This document shows, piece after piece, positions 14,969-25,132 of a stretch of 32,000 nucleotides of DNA. The first letter of the stretch is position 1; the number at the start of each line of letters is the position of its first letter. The DNA comes from an uncultured Kingella sp. (GTDB lineage: Bacteria > Pseudomonadota > Gammaproteobacteria > Burkholderiales > Neisseriaceae), in contig CAUQSD010000019.1 of assembly GCA_963520685.1 (NCBI GenBank), positions 1-32,000 on the forward strand, read 5' to 3'. Both the position numbers and the translations under genes were made by a program. The notes under the pieces are model-generated. The model was not told the DNA's origin and searched no databases. It saw only the letters and a list, made by a program, of their open reading frames with translations.

Positions 14969-15768
14969 TATTGCGGCCGGTTGCGCGGGTAAAACCGCAC
15001 GATATTGGTGTTTTCGGGCAGCAGCAGCTTGCGGATTGCATGCGCCTGCACAATTTCCAGCGTGGTTTCGCGCAGGCTGCCTGCCTGCCATGCTTTGTGC
15101 GCCGCCTGCCGTGCCGCCGCAGCATCTTCGGGACGCAGTGCCTGCCAAAGCCCCAGCATCTCCGTGTCGCGCCGCCATGCGGCTTCATCCTTATACGACA
15201 GCACCAGCTTGGCGGTGTCGGCAACCGGGTCGTAAAAATCGTGTTCCAGCAGCATATCGGCCAAATCGTGCATGTCTGCCAGCGCGGGAGCGGCACAGGC
15301 AATGCCGTTTTGGCGCAGAACTTCGCGCAATTCGGGCAGGCTGTCTGCGCCGAAACCGGTGAAAAACAAGAGCCCGTTGTCCTGCAAAGCCTGCGACCAG
15401 TTTGCCAGCAGCGCGTGCAAATCCTCCGCCTGCGGCACCAGCAGGTTGCTCCACAGCATTTCCGCTGCGTTTTCAGGCAGCCTTCCGCCCAAAGGCAGGC
15501 AGGTTTGCGGAATGCCGCTCTTGGGGGTAAACAGCGCGCGCCAGCCTTTCGGGGCGCGGGCGCGGGCGGCGGCATCCAAAAAATCTCGGCGCGGGTCGTA
15601 TTCGCCGATAAAGGCAGCTTCGGGATAGCGCGCGGCAAGCAGGCTGCGGCTGGCATCACCGTCTGCACCGTGCAGCAGAATGGTGGCGGGACGGCGGCGC
15701 AGCAGCGGCAGGCGGCTGTCGGTTTCGGCGGCGGTGTGGCGGAATATCTGCCAAACATCGGCATTCAT
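14968..15768 (-). CDS. BioC-like SAM-methyltransferase-fold protein (degenerate SAM motif)
   Basis: 266 aa. The segments LWSNLLVPQAEDLHALLANWSQALQDNGLLFFTGFGADSLPELR and DMHDLADMLLEHDFYDPVADTAKLVLSY resemble BioC-type methyltransferases. The glycine-rich motif I is poor (ILLHGADGD). Confidence 0.45.
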   Translation of the reverse strand: MNADVWQIFRHTAAETDSRLPLLRRRPATILLHGADGDASRSLLAARYPEAAFIGEYDPRRDFLDAAARARAPKGWRALFTPKSGIPQTCLPLGGRLPENAAEMLWSNLLVPQAEDLHALLANWSQALQDNGLLFFTGFGADSLPELREVLRQNGIACAAPALADMHDLADMLLEHDFYDPVADTAKLVLSYKDEAAWRRDTEMLGLWQALRPEDAAAARQAAHKAWQAGSLRETTLEIVQAHAIRKLLLPENTNIVRFYPRNRPQ

Positions 15769-15802
15769 GTGCGTCTCGGGCGGTGGTTGGGGGCGCGTAT
15801 TT

Positions 15803-15875
15803 TATAGTGGATTAAAATCGCCATGCTACTGCGCCGGCCCGCCGCTTCGTGTCGTGTTTGTTTTAATCCGCCATA
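15803..15875. repeat. Miniature Correia-like element (73 bp)
   Basis: Termini are TATAGTGGATTAAAA ... TTTTAATCCGCCATA. Confidence 0.5.
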
Positions 15876-15994
15876 ACGGCAAAAGGCTTTTGCCGATGCG
15901 GCTTTTCCCTGTTTCAGGCTGCCTGAAACGGGGGGCTTGGGTTAAAATGCGCGCTTTTTTCCACATCCCAAACCTTACCGAAAAAGGAATCCCC

Positions 15995-16267
15995 ATGTCC
16001 GTATCCGTTGTTACCGTCATCGGCAAAGACCGCATCGGCATCGTCCGCGACGTATCCGCCCTGCTTGCCGACAACCGCCTGAACATCCTCAACATCAGCC
16101 AGCAGTTGATGGACAGCTATTTCACCATGATTATCCTGATTGATTCCGCGCAATGCCCCAAATCCCGACAGGAAATTCTGGATTTGCTTGCTGTGGAAGG
16201 CCAGCGGCTTGCGTTGGACATCCGCATGCAGGACGAAGAACTGTTCAAAGCCATGCACAGGATTTAA
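15995..16267 (+). CDS. ACT-domain protein (UPF0237 family)
   Basis: 90 aa: VVTVIGKDRIGIVRDVSALLADNRLNILNISQQLMDSYFTMIILID. This family normally sits directly upstream of a UPF0210/DUF711 gene. Confidence 0.8.
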   Translation: MSVSVVTVIGKDRIGIVRDVSALLADNRLNILNISQQLMDSYFTMIILIDSAQCPKSRQEILDLLAVEGQRLALDIRMQDEELFKAMHRI

Positions 16268-16304
16268 AGGCCGTTTGAAAACGGCTTTATCCGCTTCAAG
16301 CAAT

Positions 16305-16826
16305 ATGAACGCCCGCAAATTTTTCATTACCGGAACCGCCCAAACCTTCAGCCTTGCCCTAAATTTCGCCCTATGGTTGGCCATTTTTATGGCGTTGGCC
16401 TGGGGTATACGCCACCGACCGGCGCAGCCGTATGCCGAAGGCGACGAAATCAGCCCGCTGTTTGCCGTGGCCGTCCGCAACGCGCAGGGCGAAATCCAAG
16501 CCCGGCCGCTGAACCGCTGGAAAAGCAGCGAAACTTTGGTGCGCGAAGACACCGTGTTGCGCGACCGCGAAGGCATCTACCTGCAACTGACCCGCCTGCC
16601 GCCCGACACGTTCGAGCTGTTTTACGCTAGCAACAGATTAGATCCCAATGCTTTTATGACTGCGCGCTACCGAATCACCGCCGACAATAAAGTGATTCCC
16701 GTGTCGTTCAAAGTGTGGAGCGTGGGGCACGGATTTTTGGCGCTTTTGCTGTCGTTTCCCGTGTTTTTGCTTGTTAAGCGGCTGGTGTTGCGGCGGCGGT
16801 TGGGCAGGGAAAAGCAGCCTGTCTGA
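16305..16826 (+). CDS. Hypothetical membrane protein (173 aa, N- and C-terminal TM)
   Basis: ATG at 16305, with TM segments FSLALNFALWLAIFMALAWGI and GFLALLLSFPVFLLV. No known motif. Confidence 0.5.
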   Translation: MNARKFFITGTAQTFSLALNFALWLAIFMALAWGIRHRPAQPYAEGDEISPLFAVAVRNAQGEIQARPLNRWKSSETLVREDTVLRDREGIYLQLTRLPPDTFELFYASNRLDPNAFMTARYRITADNKVIPVSFKVWSVGHGFLALLLSFPVFLLVKRLVLRRRLGREKQPV

Positions 16827-16845
16827 AAACCAAAAGGAAATTTTG

Positions 16846-17355
16846 ATGAAAACACATCTGACATGGTTACTGAACCACGCCGCCGTTAAAAAAATGGGCG
16901 GCACCAACTATATTGAAATCTGCAAAGGCAGCTATGCGGGTAAATGCTGGCGGAAAGACTCCGTTTATGTTTATTACTCGCTGTGGAAAGATTTTTTCGA
17001 TACTTTGTCCCGTGAGTGCATACCTGATTATGACTTTTTTGAGTTCACCGATGTTGAGCAAGCCGATAGCCTAATTTTTGCCGAACAATTATTGCGGTTG
17101 GCAGATATGCTGCATGCTGTCAGAACGCCTCAGGATTTCGACAAACCCGAATGGTATTCCGAAAAAGTCGGCAATCATTACATTCATATCGGCGAAAACA
17201 TAGAAACCTTGGTTTGGGAAAACAAAGACAAATATATACAAAATTTTGTCGAAAAATTTGCCCAAAGGATACAAACCGCCGAACACAGCTATCGGGATTT
17301 GGCGGCATGGCTGCAACAGAACAGCGCAAACGGCAATGCCATATTGGGCATGTAG
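16846..17355 (+). CDS. Hypothetical cytoplasmic protein (169 aa), low-GC
   Basis: ATG at 16846. Composition is clearly more AT-rich than the neighbours. No recognisable domain. Confidence 0.5.
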   Translation: MKTHLTWLLNHAAVKKMGGTNYIEICKGSYAGKCWRKDSVYVYYSLWKDFFDTLSRECIPDYDFFEFTDVEQADSLIFAEQLLRLADMLHAVRTPQDFDKPEWYSEKVGNHYIHIGENIETLVWENKDKYIQNFVEKFAQRIQTAEHSYRDLAAWLQQNSANGNAILGM

Positions 17356-17409
17356 CCGATTCAGGCAGCCTGCACCCCAAACCAATCCCAAAAACAACAA
17401 GGAAATCCC

Positions 17410-18405
17410 ATGACCCATCCGCTTTCAGGCAGCCTGCTCGGCACGGCGGCGGGCGATGCCTACGGGCTGCCCTACGAAGGGCTTTCCCCGCGCCGTATTG
17501 GCAAACTCTTCGTGCCGTGCCGATACGCCCTGATACCCCTGCTGCACGGCGGCATGGTTTCAGATGACACCGAACACGCCGTGATGGCCGCCCAAGCGTG
17601 GATAGACGGCGCGGGTGACCCGGAAATCTTCCGCCGCAGCCTGCGCGGCCGTCTGAAATGGTGGTTTGCCCGCCTGCCTGCCGGAATCGGTCTGGCAACG
17701 CTGCGAAGCTGCTTGAAAATGTGGCTGGGGCTGGGGCGCACGGGCGTATATTCGGCAGGCAACGGCCCCGCCATGCGCGCACCTGTATTGGGCGTGCTGT
17801 GCGATGATTTGGACGAGCTGTGCAGGCTGGTCAAAATCAGCACCGAACTGACCCACACCGACCCGAAAGCCTATCGCGGCGCACTTGCCGTCGCCCTGCT
17901 CGCGTGGTACGAAACCCGCCATCCCGACTGGACAACCGAAGCCATCACCGCCGCCATATTGCAGCAAATCGGCGACAACGAATTTTCAAACGGCCTGCAA
18001 ACCTACGCCCCCGACCCCAAACGCGGCATCACGGGCTATATGTACCACACCGTCCCCGCCGTATTCCAAACATGGCAGGCCTACCGCGACCGCCCGGCTG
18101 AAGGCTTGGACAGCCTGATACGCCAAGGCGGCGACACCGACACCACAGCGGCCATCTTCGGCGGCATTGTCGGCGTGCGGCACGGCGAAAACCTGTTTGC
18201 CTCCGTATCGGGAACATGGTGCGAGCCCCTGCTCACGCCCGACTTTTTCGCCACTCTGGCCAAACAGGCAGACGAAGCCCGCCAAAGCGGCCGGCCGCAA
18301 AAAGCACGGCGTTTCGGCGGCATGGTAACCTTCACCCGCAACCTGATCATGATGGTAATCGTACTCGCGCATGGATTCAGGCGTTTGCTGCCGCCGCCGT
18401 ATTGA
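17410..18405 (+). CDS. ADP-ribosylglycohydrolase family protein (ARH/DraG/Tri1-like)
   Basis: GTAAGDAYGLPYEG, VSDDTEH and GGDTDTTAAIFGGIVG are the metal-binding signature motifs of PF03747. The C-terminus has a hydrophobic tail LIMMVIVLAHGF. Confidence 0.85.
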   Translation: MTHPLSGSLLGTAAGDAYGLPYEGLSPRRIGKLFVPCRYALIPLLHGGMVSDDTEHAVMAAQAWIDGAGDPEIFRRSLRGRLKWWFARLPAGIGLATLRSCLKMWLGLGRTGVYSAGNGPAMRAPVLGVLCDDLDELCRLVKISTELTHTDPKAYRGALAVALLAWYETRHPDWTTEAITAAILQQIGDNEFSNGLQTYAPDPKRGITGYMYHTVPAVFQTWQAYRDRPAEGLDSLIRQGGDTDTTAAIFGGIVGVRHGENLFASVSGTWCEPLLTPDFFATLAKQADEARQSGRPQKARRFGGMVTFTRNLIMMVIVLAHGFRRLLPPPY

Positions 18406-18449
18406 TGCAGGCTGCCTAATTTTTAACCTTCCAAAAAAAGAGAAATAGT

Positions 18450-19253
18450 ATGTCTAAAAACAAAATCAGCTTTAACGTTGCCGAAGAAAAATCCGCACGA
18501 CTGGCGGTTTTGATTGATGCCGATAATGCTTCCGCACAAACAATAGCCGCCATTCTGGAAGAAACGGCCAAATTCGGTGAAGCAATGGCAAAACGCATCT
18601 ATGGGAACTTTGTCGGCGATAACGGTAAATGGAAAGCCGTCATCAACGAACACGCCATCAAACCCATGCAGCAGTTCGCCTATACAACAGGGAAAAATGC
18701 CACAGACGGCTTTATGATTATCGATGCGATGGATTTGCTTTACACAGGCCGCTTTGATGGTTTCTGTCTGGTATCCAGCGACAGCGACTTCACCGCATTG
18801 GCCATCCGCCTGAAAGAACAAGGCGTAACCGTTTACGGCTTTGGTAAAAAGCAAACGCCCGAAGCCTTCCGCAACGCGTGCAGCAGATTTATCTATGTGG
18901 AAAACCTGTTGCCCGAAATGACAGAAACTGCTGTGGAAACGCCCAATGCGCAAAAAACGCCATCTCAAAAAGCCACCGCAAAAACAGAACCGAAAATTTC
19001 AGCCGAACATCCCGAAAATTCCCTGCCCTTGGACATCATACGCAAGGTTTTTGAGCAGTCTGACGACGAGTGGATGGCAATGACTGCATTCGGTTCAACT
19101 TGGAAGCGTCTGCAAGTTGATTTCGACCCGCGCAATTACGGCTGTAAAAAATTCACCGACCTAGTCAAAAAATATACCGACATATTTGATTATGAAATGC
19201 GGAAAACAGCCGAAGACACACAAGAACGTATGTATGTCAGACTGAAAGTCTAA
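18450..19253 (+). CDS. NYN-domain (LabA-like) predicted RNase with C-terminal OST-HTH/LOTUS domain
   Basis: [11 protein letters not shown]...IYGNF...[19 protein letters not shown]...[28 protein letters not shown] forms the NYN core. The C-terminal ~70 aa ([14 protein letters not shown]...[17 protein letters not shown]) resemble LOTUS. Confidence 0.8.
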   Translation: MSKNKISFNVAEEKSARLAVLIDADNASAQTIAAILEETAKFGEAMAKRIYGNFVGDNGKWKAVINEHAIKPMQQFAYTTGKNATDGFMIIDAMDLLYTGRFDGFCLVSSDSDFTALAIRLKEQGVTVYGFGKKQTPEAFRNACSRFIYVENLLPEMTETAVETPNAQKTPSQKATAKTEPKISAEHPENSLPLDIIRKVFEQSDDEWMAMTAFGSTWKRLQVDFDPRNYGCKKFTDLVKKYTDIFDYEMRKTAEDTQERMYVRLKV

Positions 19254-19312
19254 CCCAGTTTTCAGGCAGCCTGAAACCGACAACCAACAGATATAGACAA
19301 GGAAACCCCAAA

Positions 19313-20671
19313 ATGTCCCAAATCCATTCCAACGAAATCCTAGAAACCATCCGCATGGTGTCCGACCAAAACTTCGACGTGCGCACCATCACCATCGGCA
19401 TCGACCTGCATGACTGCATTTCACCGGACATCAATCAATTAAACCAAAACATCTACAACAAAATCACCCGCATCGGCAAAGACTTAGTGCAGACGGCGCA
19501 ACATTTGTCCGCCAAATATGGCGTACCGATTGTGAACCAGCGTATTTCCGTCACGCCCATCGCCCAAATCGCGGCGGCCACGGGTGCGGACAGCTACGTT
19601 TCCATCGCGCAAACGCTGGACAAGGCGGCAAAAGCCATCGGCGTATCGTTTATCGGCGGCTTTTCCGCACTGGTGCAGAAGGGCATGTCGCCTGCCGACC
19701 GCGTGCTGATTAACAGCATTCCCGAAGCCATGAAAACCACCGACATCGTGTGCAGCTCCATCAACATCGGCAGCACGCGCGCGGGCATCAACATGGACGC
19801 GGTGAAACTGGCCGCCGACACGATAAAACGCACCGCCGACATCACGCCCGAAGGCTTCGGCTGCGCCAAAATCGTCGTGTTCTGCAACGCGGTGGAAGAC
19901 AACCCCTTTATGGCGGGCGCGTTCCACGGCTCGGGCGAAGCGGACGCGATTATCAACGTGGGCGTGTCCGGCCCCGGCGTGGTGCAGGCTGCCTTAAAAG
20001 ATTGCGACAGCCAAAACCTGACCGAAATCGCCGAAATCGTGAAGAAAACCGCGTTTAAAATCACGCGCGTGGGCGAACTCATCGGGCAGGAAGCGGCGAA
20101 AATGCTGGGCATCCCGTTCGGCATTTTGGATTTGTCGCTCGCGCCCACGCCCGCCGTCGGCGATTCCGTCGCCCGCATTCTGGAAGCCATGGGCCTGACC
20201 GTCTGCGGCACGCACGGCACCACCGCCGCACTCGCGCTGTTGAACGACGCGGTGAAAAAAGGCGGCATGATGGCGTCGTCCGCTGTGGGCGGGCTGAGCG
20301 GCGCGTTCATCCCCGTGTCGGAAGATGAAGGCATGATTGCGGCGGCGGAAAGCGGCATCCTGACGCTGGACAAGCTGGAAGCCATGACCGCCGTGTGCTC
20401 CGTGGGTTTGGACATGGTGGCCGTGCCGGGCGACACCTCCGCCGCCACGATTGCCGGCATCATTGCAGATGAAGCCGCCATCGGCATGATTAACAGCAAA
20501 ACCACCGCCGTGCGCATCATCCCCGTCACCGGCAAAGGCGTGGGCGAAAGCGTGGATTTCGGCGGCCTCTTGGGCTACGCGCCGATTATGCCGGTGAAGG
20601 AAGGCAGCTGCGAAGTGTTCGTGAACCGCGGCGGCCGCATTCCCGCGCCGGTGCAGTCGATGAAGAACTGA
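19313..20671 (+). CDS. UPF0210 (DUF711, PFL4705-like) family protein
   Basis: 452 aa: [27 protein letters not shown]... with full-length resemblance to the UPF0210 family. Confidence 0.85.
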   Translation: MSQIHSNEILETIRMVSDQNFDVRTITIGIDLHDCISPDINQLNQNIYNKITRIGKDLVQTAQHLSAKYGVPIVNQRISVTPIAQIAAATGADSYVSIAQTLDKAAKAIGVSFIGGFSALVQKGMSPADRVLINSIPEAMKTTDIVCSSINIGSTRAGINMDAVKLAADTIKRTADITPEGFGCAKIVVFCNAVEDNPFMAGAFHGSGEADAIINVGVSGPGVVQAALKDCDSQNLTEIAEIVKKTAFKITRVGELIGQEAAKMLGIPFGILDLSLAPTPAVGDSVARILEAMGLTVCGTHGTTAALALLNDAVKKGGMMASSAVGGLSGAFIPVSEDEGMIAAAESGILTLDKLEAMTAVCSVGLDMVAVPGDTSAATIAGIIADEAAIGMINSKTTAVRIIPVTGKGVGESVDFGGLLGYAPIMPVKEGSCEVFVNRGGRIPAPVQSMKN

Positions 20672-20684
20672 GGCACAAATAGCC

Positions 20685-20830
20685 TGAGACCTTTGCAAAA
20701 TCCCCAGCTTTGAGCACAGTTCAAAGCAATAGCATCGCAAAACGCGCAGACAATATTGAAATATTTTCAAGCGTTAGAGAAGCGCATTGCGAAGAAATGT
20801 GCCAAAGATGGGGATTTTGCAAAGGTCTCA
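20685..20830 (+). mobile_element. MITE copy C (146 bp)
   Basis: TIR of about 27 bp, TGAGACCTTTGCAAAATCCCCA.CTTTG. Flanked by the 3-bp direct repeat GCC. Lies 14 nt after the UPF0210 stop. Confidence 0.8.
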
Positions 20831-20896
20831 GCCTCCTATATTGGGTAAGGTTCAGGCTGCCTTTCCGATTTTCAGGTAGCATGAAAAGGGCAAAAC

Positions 20897-21457
20897 ATGG
20901 ATTTCAACCAAACCGCAAGGGATACCCTAACGCAAGTCCAGTCCGAGCTGGCGCAAGGCAAAGCCGAAATTTCGTGGGCAGTTTACGAACCGATTGCTAA
21001 TCTTGACGCTTATCGGAAGTGGATAAAAAAACAATTCGGCTGGCAAGCCTATTTTATGGCAGTAATGAAGGCGTTGCTGCTGGCCTTTATTTTCGTGGCT
21101 TTGGGTTTGAATGCTTTGGGAAATATTGGCGGTGTTATCGCGCTGGTTGCAGCGGCTGCCGTCGGGATATGGTTGATGTGGCAAAACGGCAAAGAGCGGG
21201 CAAAAGCGGAAAAGATATTAAGTAGGGAATATTTTGAATACCGCATATGCGCGAATTTTAAAAAGCGGTATTTCTTGGCCATTTCCGAGGGCAAAGTAAA
21301 CAAACGTGTGAAATTCCATGATAAGAGAGACTGGACGCTGCCTGCGTTCAACCTGCCCAAAGATGCCACGCCAAACGAAATCGCCCAACGCGATGCGCTG
21401 CACAACACCTTGGTGCAGCAAATGGGTGTGCACTTTGAGGAACATAAAGTATGGTAG
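20897..21457 (+). CDS. Hypothetical membrane protein (186 aa), lower GC
   Basis: Two adjacent TM segments (AYFMAVMKALLLAFIFVALGL, GGVIALVAAAAVGIWLMW). No recognised domain. Confidence 0.5.
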   Translation: MDFNQTARDTLTQVQSELAQGKAEISWAVYEPIANLDAYRKWIKKQFGWQAYFMAVMKALLLAFIFVALGLNALGNIGGVIALVAAAAVGIWLMWQNGKERAKAEKILSREYFEYRICANFKKRYFLAISEGKVNKRVKFHDKRDWTLPAFNLPKDATPNEIAQRDALHNTLVQQMGVHFEEHKVW

Positions 21458-21646
21458 CTTGGTTTGCCCGAGTGCAGGCCAATGCGATTTTGTTTATGGG
21501 CAGACCATCAGCAGCGGCGAAAACTGGACGGCAGATGAAGCGGCAGCATTGGAAGCGGCGGTAAACCACATCGCGGAAAAGGCATTTCAGGCAGCCTGAA
21601 AACCGTAAACCAACCATAACTATTTGATTTTATGTAATTAAGAAAC

Positions 21647-23077
21647 ATGCATAGCACACATACCGAACCCACAAACACCCAGCACGAATATTTCTCCGAC
21701 AATCTGCAATTCCCCACCAAAATCATTATCGCCACCCTGTTTATCGGCGCGTTTTTCGGCTATTTGAACGATACGCTGCTCAATGTCGCGCTCACGCCCA
21801 TCATGAAAGATTTCGGCGTGGACAAAACCACCGTGCAGTGGCTGACCACGGGTTTTCTGCTGGTGATGGGCGCGTTTACCCCCATCACCGCCAACCTGAT
21901 TCAATGGTTAGACACCAAAAAAATGTTGCTGCTCACGCAGGCCACCTTCCTGCTGGGCTCGCTGATTTGCGCGTTTGCGCCCGTGTTTCCGCTGCTGATT
22001 GCGGGGCGCATGGTGCAGGCGGTGTCGGCCGCGTTCTTCGTCCCGCTGCTGTTCAACGGCATTATGGCGATTTACCCGCCGCAAAAACTCGGCACGGCCA
22101 TGGGCGTGATTACCATGATGTTCACAGCCGCCCCTGCGTTGGGGCCCACGCTGTCGGGCATTATCATCGACCACACCCACTGGCGTTTCCTGTTCGGCCT
22201 CACCATCCCGTTCATGCTGGCCGCCATGCTGCTGACAGGCAAATATCTGAATGTAAATTTAACCACCGTCACGCGCCCGAAAATCGATATTTTGTCGGCC
22301 GCATTATCCGTGCTCGGCTTGGGGTTGCTGGTGTATGCGTGCAGCAATTTCGCCAGCCTGCCGCTGGTTGCGTTTATCGCCCTGCTGGCCGTATCGCTGG
22401 TGCTGACCGCTTGGTTTGTCCGCCGCCAATTCCACATCGCCACGCCGCTTTTGAACCTGCGCGCGTTCCAATACGCACAATTCCGTTACAGCGTAATGAT
22501 TTTGGCCATTGCCTCGTTTCTGTTTTTAGGCTTGGAACTGCTCATGCCCATGTACACCCAGCAGGTTTTGCTGCTCACCGGCACGGCCACGGGGCTGATT
22601 CTGATGCCGGCCAGCATTGCCCAAGCCATTGTCGCACCGCTGTTCGGCAGGCTACTGGACAAAAAAGGCGGGCGTTTTGTCGTGCTGCCGGCTTCATGCC
22701 TGATGGTGGGTGCGCTGGCCATTTTGTGGGCAGTTTTGCGCACGGATACGCAGACTGTTGTGTTATCGGCCATGTTCACTTTGATGGCGGTGTCCGTCTC
22801 CGCCGCGATTACCGGCGAAACGCACGGACTGAACGCGCTGCCCAAACGCCTGAATGCGCACGGTGCCGCCATCATCACCACGCTGAACCCGATTGCGGGT
22901 GCGGTGGGCGCGGCGTTTTTTGTCGGCACCACCCAAATCGGCGAAAAATTATCCTCCGCCGCCACGCCGCAGCAGGCGATGCTGGACGGCATCCATTGGG
23001 CGATGGGCAGCGCGCTGCTGCTGGGCGGGTTGATGGTGTTTTTTGCCACGAAGCTGCGCGCGCATTCGGCAGAATAA
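21647..23077 (+). CDS. MFS transporter, DHA2 (EmrB/QacA-like, 14-TM) drug:H+ antiporter family
   Basis: 476 aa with about 14 hydrophobic segments, motif A-like GRMVQAVSAA and a G/P-rich motif C region. Confidence 0.85.
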   Translation: MHSTHTEPTNTQHEYFSDNLQFPTKIIIATLFIGAFFGYLNDTLLNVALTPIMKDFGVDKTTVQWLTTGFLLVMGAFTPITANLIQWLDTKKMLLLTQATFLLGSLICAFAPVFPLLIAGRMVQAVSAAFFVPLLFNGIMAIYPPQKLGTAMGVITMMFTAAPALGPTLSGIIIDHTHWRFLFGLTIPFMLAAMLLTGKYLNVNLTTVTRPKIDILSAALSVLGLGLLVYACSNFASLPLVAFIALLAVSLVLTAWFVRRQFHIATPLLNLRAFQYAQFRYSVMILAIASFLFLGLELLMPMYTQQVLLLTGTATGLILMPASIAQAIVAPLFGRLLDKKGGRFVVLPASCLMVGALAILWAVLRTDTQTVVLSAMFTLMAVSVSAAITGETHGLNALPKRLNAHGAAIITTLNPIAGAVGAAFFVGTTQIGEKLSSAATPQQAMLDGIHWAMGSALLLGGLMVFFATKLRAHSAE

Positions 23078-23183
23078 TATAGTGGATTAAAATAAAAATG
23101 AGACAAGGCGGCGAGCCGCAAGGCGTACAGGTAGTACGTCAAGGCGAGCCAACGCCGTATCATTGCAATTTTAATCCACTATA
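23078..23183. repeat. Correia-like repeat-enclosed element (106 bp)
   Basis: TATAGTGGATTAA...TTAATCCACTATA termini. The interior GACAAGGCGGCGAGCCGCA...CAAGGCGAGCCAACGCCGTA is homologous to the Neisseria Correia element. It abuts the MFS stop codon. Confidence 0.85.
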
Positions 23184-23285
23184 AAAAAGCAGATTCAGGC
23201 TGCCTCCTCTCTTGCCGGACATTCCGCCATGATGCCGGCGCAGCAGCATAGCAACTTTAACCAACGATAACCCGCCACATTCCCC

Positions 23286-24134
23286 ATGATAGACCTCCAC
23301 TGCCACTCCACCGCCTCAGACGGCGCGCTTGCCCCTGCCGAAGTTGCCGCGCTTGCCGCCGCCAACGGCTGCCGCCTGCTCGCACTCACCGACCACGACT
23401 GCACAGACGGGCTGAAACAGGCTCGTGCTGCTGCCGAGGCGCACGGCATCCGCTTCATCAGCGGCGTGGAAATTTCAGCCACTTGGCGGGAGCGCACCGT
23501 CCACATTGTCGGGCTGGATTTTGACGAAGCAGACGCGCCCTTGCAGACGCTGTTGGCCCAAATCCGCCAAGGACGCACCGAACGCCTGCACCGCATCGCC
23601 GAAAAACTCACCCAAAAAGGCATACACGGCGCGGCGGAAGGCGCACTGTCGCTGGCCGCCAATCCCGAAATGGTGTCGCGCACCCACCTTGCCGAATGGC
23701 TGGTGCGGCAGGGACACGCCCGCAACCCGCATCAGGCGTTCGCCAAATATCTGGGCGAGGGCAAAGCCGCCGCCGTTGCCCACCGCTGGGCGGATTTTGC
23801 CGAAGCCGTCGCCGCCATTAATCGGGCGGGCGGCATCGCCGTACTGGCCCATCCTATGCGCTACAAGTTTTCGGCCACCGCCAGACGCAATCTGCTGCAA
23901 GAATTTAAAGACGCGGGCGGGCGGGCATTGGAAGTGAACAGCGGCAACTGCCGCCCCAACGAACGCATAGATTGCGCCCTGCTGGCCGACCGCTTCGGGC
24001 TGCTTGCCAGCTCGGGCAGCGACTTTCACCGTATCGGCGGATACAGCGGCGGCGTGTTGGGCATCTCCCCCGAACTGCCGCCCGCCTGCCGCCCCGTGTG
24101 GGCGCATTTCAAAGTCCCTTTTCAGGCAGCCTGA
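23286..24134 (+). CDS. rnm: PHP-domain 5'-3' exoribonuclease RNase AM (YciV/TrpH)
   Basis: [13 protein letters not shown]...LALTDHD...GVEIS...VHIVGL...VLAHP...SGSDFH is collinear with E. coli YciV as recalled. Confidence 0.88.
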   Translation: MIDLHCHSTASDGALAPAEVAALAAANGCRLLALTDHDCTDGLKQARAAAEAHGIRFISGVEISATWRERTVHIVGLDFDEADAPLQTLLAQIRQGRTERLHRIAEKLTQKGIHGAAEGALSLAANPEMVSRTHLAEWLVRQGHARNPHQAFAKYLGEGKAAAVAHRWADFAEAVAAINRAGGIAVLAHPMRYKFSATARRNLLQEFKDAGGRALEVNSGNCRPNERIDCALLADRFGLLASSGSDFHRIGGYSGGVLGISPELPPACRPVWAHFKVPFQAA

Positions 24135-24162
24135 AAACCCTTCCGCCAGCCTTTCAGGCTGC
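24124..24162. terminator. DUS inverted pair between rnm and dapF
   Basis: AGGCAGCCTGAA at 24124-24135 (contains the rnm stop codon) and TTCAGGCTGC at 24153-24162. Confidence 0.5.
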
Positions 24163-24184
24163 CCCAAACCACAGGAAATCCGCA

Positions 24185-25051
24185 ATGGCCAAACTCAAAT
24201 TCACCAAAATGCACGGCTTGGGCAACGACTTCATGGTTGTGGATGCCGTACGCCAACCCTTCTTCCGTCCGGAAGCCGCCCCCATCGCCCGATGGGCAGA
24301 CCGCCACACCGGCATAGGCTTCGACCAGCTTCTTGTAGTAGAACCCGCCCGCGGCGCGGAGGCCGATTTCCGTTACCGCATCTTCAATGCCGACGGCGGC
24401 GAAGTAGAACAATGCGGCAACGGCGCGCGCTGCTTCGCCCGCTTTGTTGCCGAACAGGGCTTGACCGGCAAACGCGAAATCGCCGTAGAAACCATGCGCG
24501 GCATCATCCGCCCCAAGCTGGAAGAGAACGGGCTGGTTACGGTGGACATGGGCGCACCGCGCTTCGCCCCCGAAGACGTGCCGTTTATCCTGCTTGCAGG
24601 CGAAACGCCGCAACAGACGCAATACACGCTGACACACGGCAGCCGGCATGCACAGGCGAGCATGGTCGGCATGGGCAACCCGCACGCCGTGATGCGCGTG
24701 GACGATGTGCAAACCGCGCCCGTTGCCGAATGGGGCGCGGCATTGCAGCAGCATCCGCGTTTCCCCGAACGCGTGAACGCAGGCTTCATGCAGGTGCTGG
24801 ACGAACACCACATCAGGCTGCGCGTGTATGAGCGCGGCACGGGCGAAACGCAGGCCTGCGGCACGGGCGCGTGCGCGGCGGCGGTGGCGGGGGTGCGGCT
24901 CGGGCTGTTGGCATCGGGGAAACCCGTGCGCGTGTCGCTGCCGGGCGGCGATTTGTCCGTCTGCTGGCAGGAGGGCGGCACGGTGATGATGACGGGACCT
25001 GCGGTGCGCGTGTTTGACGGGGAAATCAATTATGCGGACGGGGCAGCCTGA
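24185..25051 (+). CDS. dapF: Diaminopimelate epimerase
   Basis: [16 protein letters not shown], both catalytic Cys contexts (EQCGNGARC and [13 protein letters not shown]), and MGNPH. Confidence 0.93.
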   Translation: MAKLKFTKMHGLGNDFMVVDAVRQPFFRPEAAPIARWADRHTGIGFDQLLVVEPARGAEADFRYRIFNADGGEVEQCGNGARCFARFVAEQGLTGKREIAVETMRGIIRPKLEENGLVTVDMGAPRFAPEDVPFILLAGETPQQTQYTLTHGSRHAQASMVGMGNPHAVMRVDDVQTAPVAEWGAALQQHPRFPERVNAGFMQVLDEHHIRLRVYERGTGETQACGTGACAAAVAGVRLGLLASGKPVRVSLPGGDLSVCWQEGGTVMMTGPAVRVFDGEINYADGAA

Positions 25052-25083
25052 AAACCCATCGCACACAGCCTTTCAGGCTGCCC
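25041..25083. terminator. DUS inverted pair downstream of dapF
   Basis: GGGCAGCCTGAA at 25041-25052 (contains the dapF stop) and TTCAGGCTGCCC at 25072-25083. Confidence 0.6.
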
Positions 25084-25132
25084 CGTCAGGCAAGCCTTCC
25101 GCCCAACCGCACCAATTAAGGAACCAAAAACC

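Noticed and set aside
16269-16287. GCCGTTTGAAAACGGC after the ACT gene as a classical Neisseria DUS (GCCGTCTGAA).
   Set aside because: It has one mismatch to that dialect and is the only such instance. It is better explained as a small terminator hairpin.
17410-18405. ADP-ribosylglycohydrolase as DraG, the nitrogenase regulator.
   Set aside because: There is no draT, nif or glnB context in the window, and the surrounding genes are unrelated.
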